Assembly (NCBI GenBank): GCA_958009085.1
Contig: OY253676.1
Coordinates: 372,001-436,000, forward strand
DNA: 64,000 nucleotides
Direction of reading: 5' to 3'
From: Protoeuglena noctilucae
Lineage: Eukaryota
Shown: positions 60,901 through 64,000 of the stretch, in pieces
How the letters are laid out: each line of letters begins with the position of its first letter
Position numbering within the stretch: the stretch's first letter is position 1
Made by a program: the position numbers and the translations under genes
The notes under the pieces: model-generated
Seen by the model: the letters and a program-made list of their open reading frames with translations, nothing else
What the model was told of the DNA's origin: nothing
The model's database searches: none

Positions 60901-63900
60901 TTACGATGCCACCGCTTGTGCCGCGTCCAGCAGGTCCTGGACGAACTTTCTCGAGTTCTGGGAGCAAAAAATCGCAATCGACGTGCGGTCCGCAATCGTT
61001 CCGCGGCAACATTCGGCCCCCCCCGCCCCGTAACTCACCAGCACGGTCGTGCCCCCCAGCACGAACGTCGAGCCGGGCATTTCCTTGGCCAGCTGCGCGA
61101 GCGCCCTGCTCTCGGCGTACGTGCACCCGCCAACGACGAATAGCACGATCTCCCGCGGCGGCACGTAGCTGCCCAGGCTCCCATACGCCTGGCCCCCCGC
61201 AAACGGGTAGCTGCGAGCAGGCAGGGGCATCTACCGTCGACAGGTGTCGACAGGTGTCGACAGGTGTCGACAAGTGGTGTAAGGCGGTCCAACAGCGCCG
61301 CGCTGCAGCATACATCGATGCGATGCCGGCCGTGCACCTGTCGGGCTTGAGCTTCCCGGCGATGGCGTCCTTGACCGTGTGGTAGGCGAGGGGCAGGTGC
61401 ATACGGTACCACTCTGTGTTGATGTTCTGGAATGTGCTCTGGAGGCTGCCCATGACGGACCGGTTGCGGAAGAGATCACCGACGCGCTTGTCCTTGGAAG
61501 ACATCCGCATCACTGCAGAAGGATGCAGGGAAGGGGGTCACGAGAGCAGCCAGCACAGCGAGTGTCGCAATGCTCGACGCGGGCAGGCGGGGGAGGGGAC
61601 GTGCATACGCAGGCAGCCCGCGGGTGCCCATCGCTGCATCGTTGCATCGCTTCGTCGCTGCGCCACTCACGCATGTCGATGGCGCGGCTCGCCATGCGGC
61701 CCTCCGGGGTGGCAGCGGACGCTTCCAGGCTGCTCGCCAGCCGCGACACGTGGCTCATGACCTCCGGCTCGTACCTCAGCGCCAGCAGCATCAGCAGGCG
61801 CAGCTTGTCCAGGTCTGCGGACGACATGCCGGTGAATGTGACAACCACGCTCCCCGCCCCACGCAGCGCACCTGTGCCACCCGATCCACCCCTTACCGGA
61901 CGCTCGCTTGCCCATGACGATGTCCTGCACCTGCTGCAGGTGGCTCTGCATGGCCGCCTGGGAGCACGCGATGGCGTATTCGAGGGACCCCTGGGTCATC
62001 AAGTCCCGCTCTGAGATCATCGTCGACATGGTGTTGAGGCACTCCACGTGCTTCACCGTCATGATCTTGCTCGCGCGGTACTGGGGGAAGTCCTCCAGAA
62101 TCTTCTTCATGTCCTCCAGGTTCATCGCAGCGCTCGTCTGCGGCAGGCGAGGGTGCGAGGGCGGCTCAGGACCGTTACCAGCACTCACAGCGCCTTGACC
62201 CGGCCCAGCGACGGACCGGTCCTCGTGCTGGGGCTGCCCCTGCCTGCACCCGCTTCCTGCGCACGTTGGGCTATGCGACCGACCCTCCCACCGCACCGTA
62301 CCTGGGGCGTCTGCTTGGCAAGCTCGGCCATGAGCGTACGCACAGCCTCTCCCAGGCTGCCGAAGTCGGCGTGGACGTTGTTGGCGTAGAAGTCGTCCTG
62401 ATACCTCGAGAAGATGACCTTGTCCTCCTCCTTGCCCGCCTTGTTGGGCGGCGTCAAGTCGACCGTGTTGTCCTCCATCCCGATCAGCTCGTGAAGCATC
62501 GCCTGGTACGTCCACTGGCTCAGCAGCGGCGTCACCTGGACGCATGTAGTGGGTGTTGGTAGGAACAGGGCCAGCTGCCCAGGCAAGCTACGTGCGTCCA
62601 AAAGAGGACGCCGGATGGAACACAGCACGACATGCATTCGTGCTCGGAGATGTTGTCCCAGCCGCCATTAGCACGCCTTCTTGTCATTCTTCTTGTCATT
62701 TGTTGCACATTCATCGTCAATGAAGCGTCGCAGTCCTCACCGGGTCGTCAAGGCGGTCCACAACCAGCACGACGGGCGGGTGGTCCGCCCCCCGCGTCCC
62801 GAAATCAAACAGCTCCGTCTCTTGGCGGTAGGCGAGGTTGAAGAGGCCCTCAGCGATGCGGCGGCAGTGCTCTGCGGGGCGCAGCGGGGCACGGGGCTGG
62901 CCTGCCACCCTCGCACCCACAGCTACTCATCCCTGCACCCTTGCTCCCCCAAAACCGTGCTAGGAACCGCGCAAAAGACTCCGCATTGTCGACAGCGCCA
63001 CAGACTCTCACCCGAGTTGCCCTGGAATCGCACCAGGGGCTTCCTCTTCATAGAGAGGACCACGGCCGCAAGGGCAGCAATACTTCGGTCCTCTACGGCC
63101 TGGGCAGCCCCGGGCTGCCAGGTGGGCGGCACGAGGCACGGAGAGTTCTTCTCCACCGGGGCCACGAACAGGCCGACGTCCAGCGCCAGGAAGTCCCCGT
63201 ATAGCTCCTGCGAGCAGCAGGGGGACACCGGGCCGCGGTCGCAAGCGCGGGCTCCCGCTGCCGGGGCCCGGCGATTGGGTCAAAGTGAGAAGAAGTTGCC
63301 CTGGACTCACCTGCACGGAGGCTGTGCGTTCCTGCACGTCGGCCTCTGCCAGCTCCTGCAGCACGATGTCCGAGGCCGTGTTAGTGAAGAACAGGTGGTA
63401 CTCCTTGTACTTGGGGGCGCGGAGCTCCCGGCGCAGCAGCGCAAGGTTCTCCTTCGTCGGGCGGACCAGGCAGACGGCGCGCAGGTGGTCTAGTTTCTCC
63501 CTGCGGGCAGGGGCCCGGGTCAAGGTCACGCACTGCAGCCAGCCGACGCCTTCTTCCGGCCCGCCGCGACATCACACACCTGTGCTCGTTTTCCAAAATC
63601 TCTGTGAGGTACATTTCCCGCTCCAGGATCTCCGACTGGCTGCAGGCGGGGCAAAAGACGAAACACTCCAAACGGGCCCCGCAGATCGCAGGGGCCGGGA
63701 CGCCAGGCCAGTGCCGCGCCATTGCAACCACAGACCGTACTCCTATAGACCGTGAACTGGGGCGGCTGAGCGAGCAGCGAGGCGTCGCGCGATGGGCACC
63801 TCAGGACCGTCCCAATGATGCGCACGGTCTCCTTGTCCAGCACGAGAACCTTCATGCCCGAGACTCCGTCCACCACCTTTGAGAAGTACCCCCGCAACAC

Positions 63901-63915
63901 GTTGGTGAGGTCCAT
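60901..63915 (-). CDS. VPS45: Sec1/Munc18-family vacuolar protein sorting protein 45
   Basis: Motifs [102 protein letters not shown] and IVLFVVGGCTYAE. Confidence 0.95.
61236..61276. repeat. 10-bp tandem microrepeat (gtcgacaggt x about 4) in a VPS45 intron
   Basis: gtcgacaggt gtcgacaggt gtcgacaggt gtcgacaagt. The palindrome TGTCGACA recurs every 10 bp. Confidence 0.9.
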
Positions 63916-64000
63916 CGCGCCCCCTCTTGCCCGCTGACCCCCAACGGAGTTATGGATCGCTCACAAACGAGCCCCGTCGCCTGTAAGAGCGTATCTCCCC

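Noticed and set aside
1..64000. Hundreds of long overlapping or antisense ORFs in the ORF track (for example 7439-9265 minus, 34140-35330 plus, 48146-49771 plus)
   Set aside because: These are shadow ORFs expected at high GC with GC3-biased codons. They lie opposite or out of frame to identified exons and translate to R/P/A/G-rich nonsense.
1..64000. Alternative genetic code (TAR=Gln, as in some ulvophytes)
   Set aside because: HST ends at TAG and VPS45 at TAA at the expected C-termini, and no in-frame TAR was needed within conserved exons.
1..64000. Introner-like repeated introns
   Set aside because: By eye, the introns share no extended sequence similarity or terminal inverted repeats. 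An all-vs-all intron alignment would be needed to exclude this fully.

Overview
GC-rich, gene-dense eukaryotic nuclear DNA with many short spliceosomal introns (mostly about 70-220 nt). It is almost certainly a green alga, given the plastid-related genes LPA1, HST and a Rossmann+CIA30 protein; a streamlined chlorophyte such as a pedinophyte is a guess. The genetic code is standard, with TGA, TAG and TAA all used as stops. About 20 protein genes were reconstructed by manual splicing: an FMN alpha-hydroxyacid oxidase ending in SRL, an unknown coiled-coil protein, thioredoxin h, an MBD-like/coiled-coil protein, LPA1, HST, NOC2, HAS1, RPC6, a divergent ribophorin I, DUF1295, SRP19, a small unknown ORF, coilin, RUNKEL/ULK4, an LRR coiled-coil protein, a large multi-PAS membrane protein, a Rossmann+CIA30 protein and VPS45. 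There is a 200-N assembly gap. The most notable observations are: (1) a spliced 82-codon ORF whose stop lies only 26 nt upstream of the SRP19 ATG, a candidate bicistronic or dual-output transcription unit; (2) an unusually high share of GC-AG introns (about 18 of roughly 135 counted by hand), all with AG|GC donors; (3) a candidate intronic box C/D snoRNA in NOC2; (4) a lactate-oxidase-type enzyme with a peroxisomal PTS1; (5) a FixL-like heme-PAS membrane sensor. Gene boundaries and all homology calls come from manual reading and recalled motifs, not from database searches.
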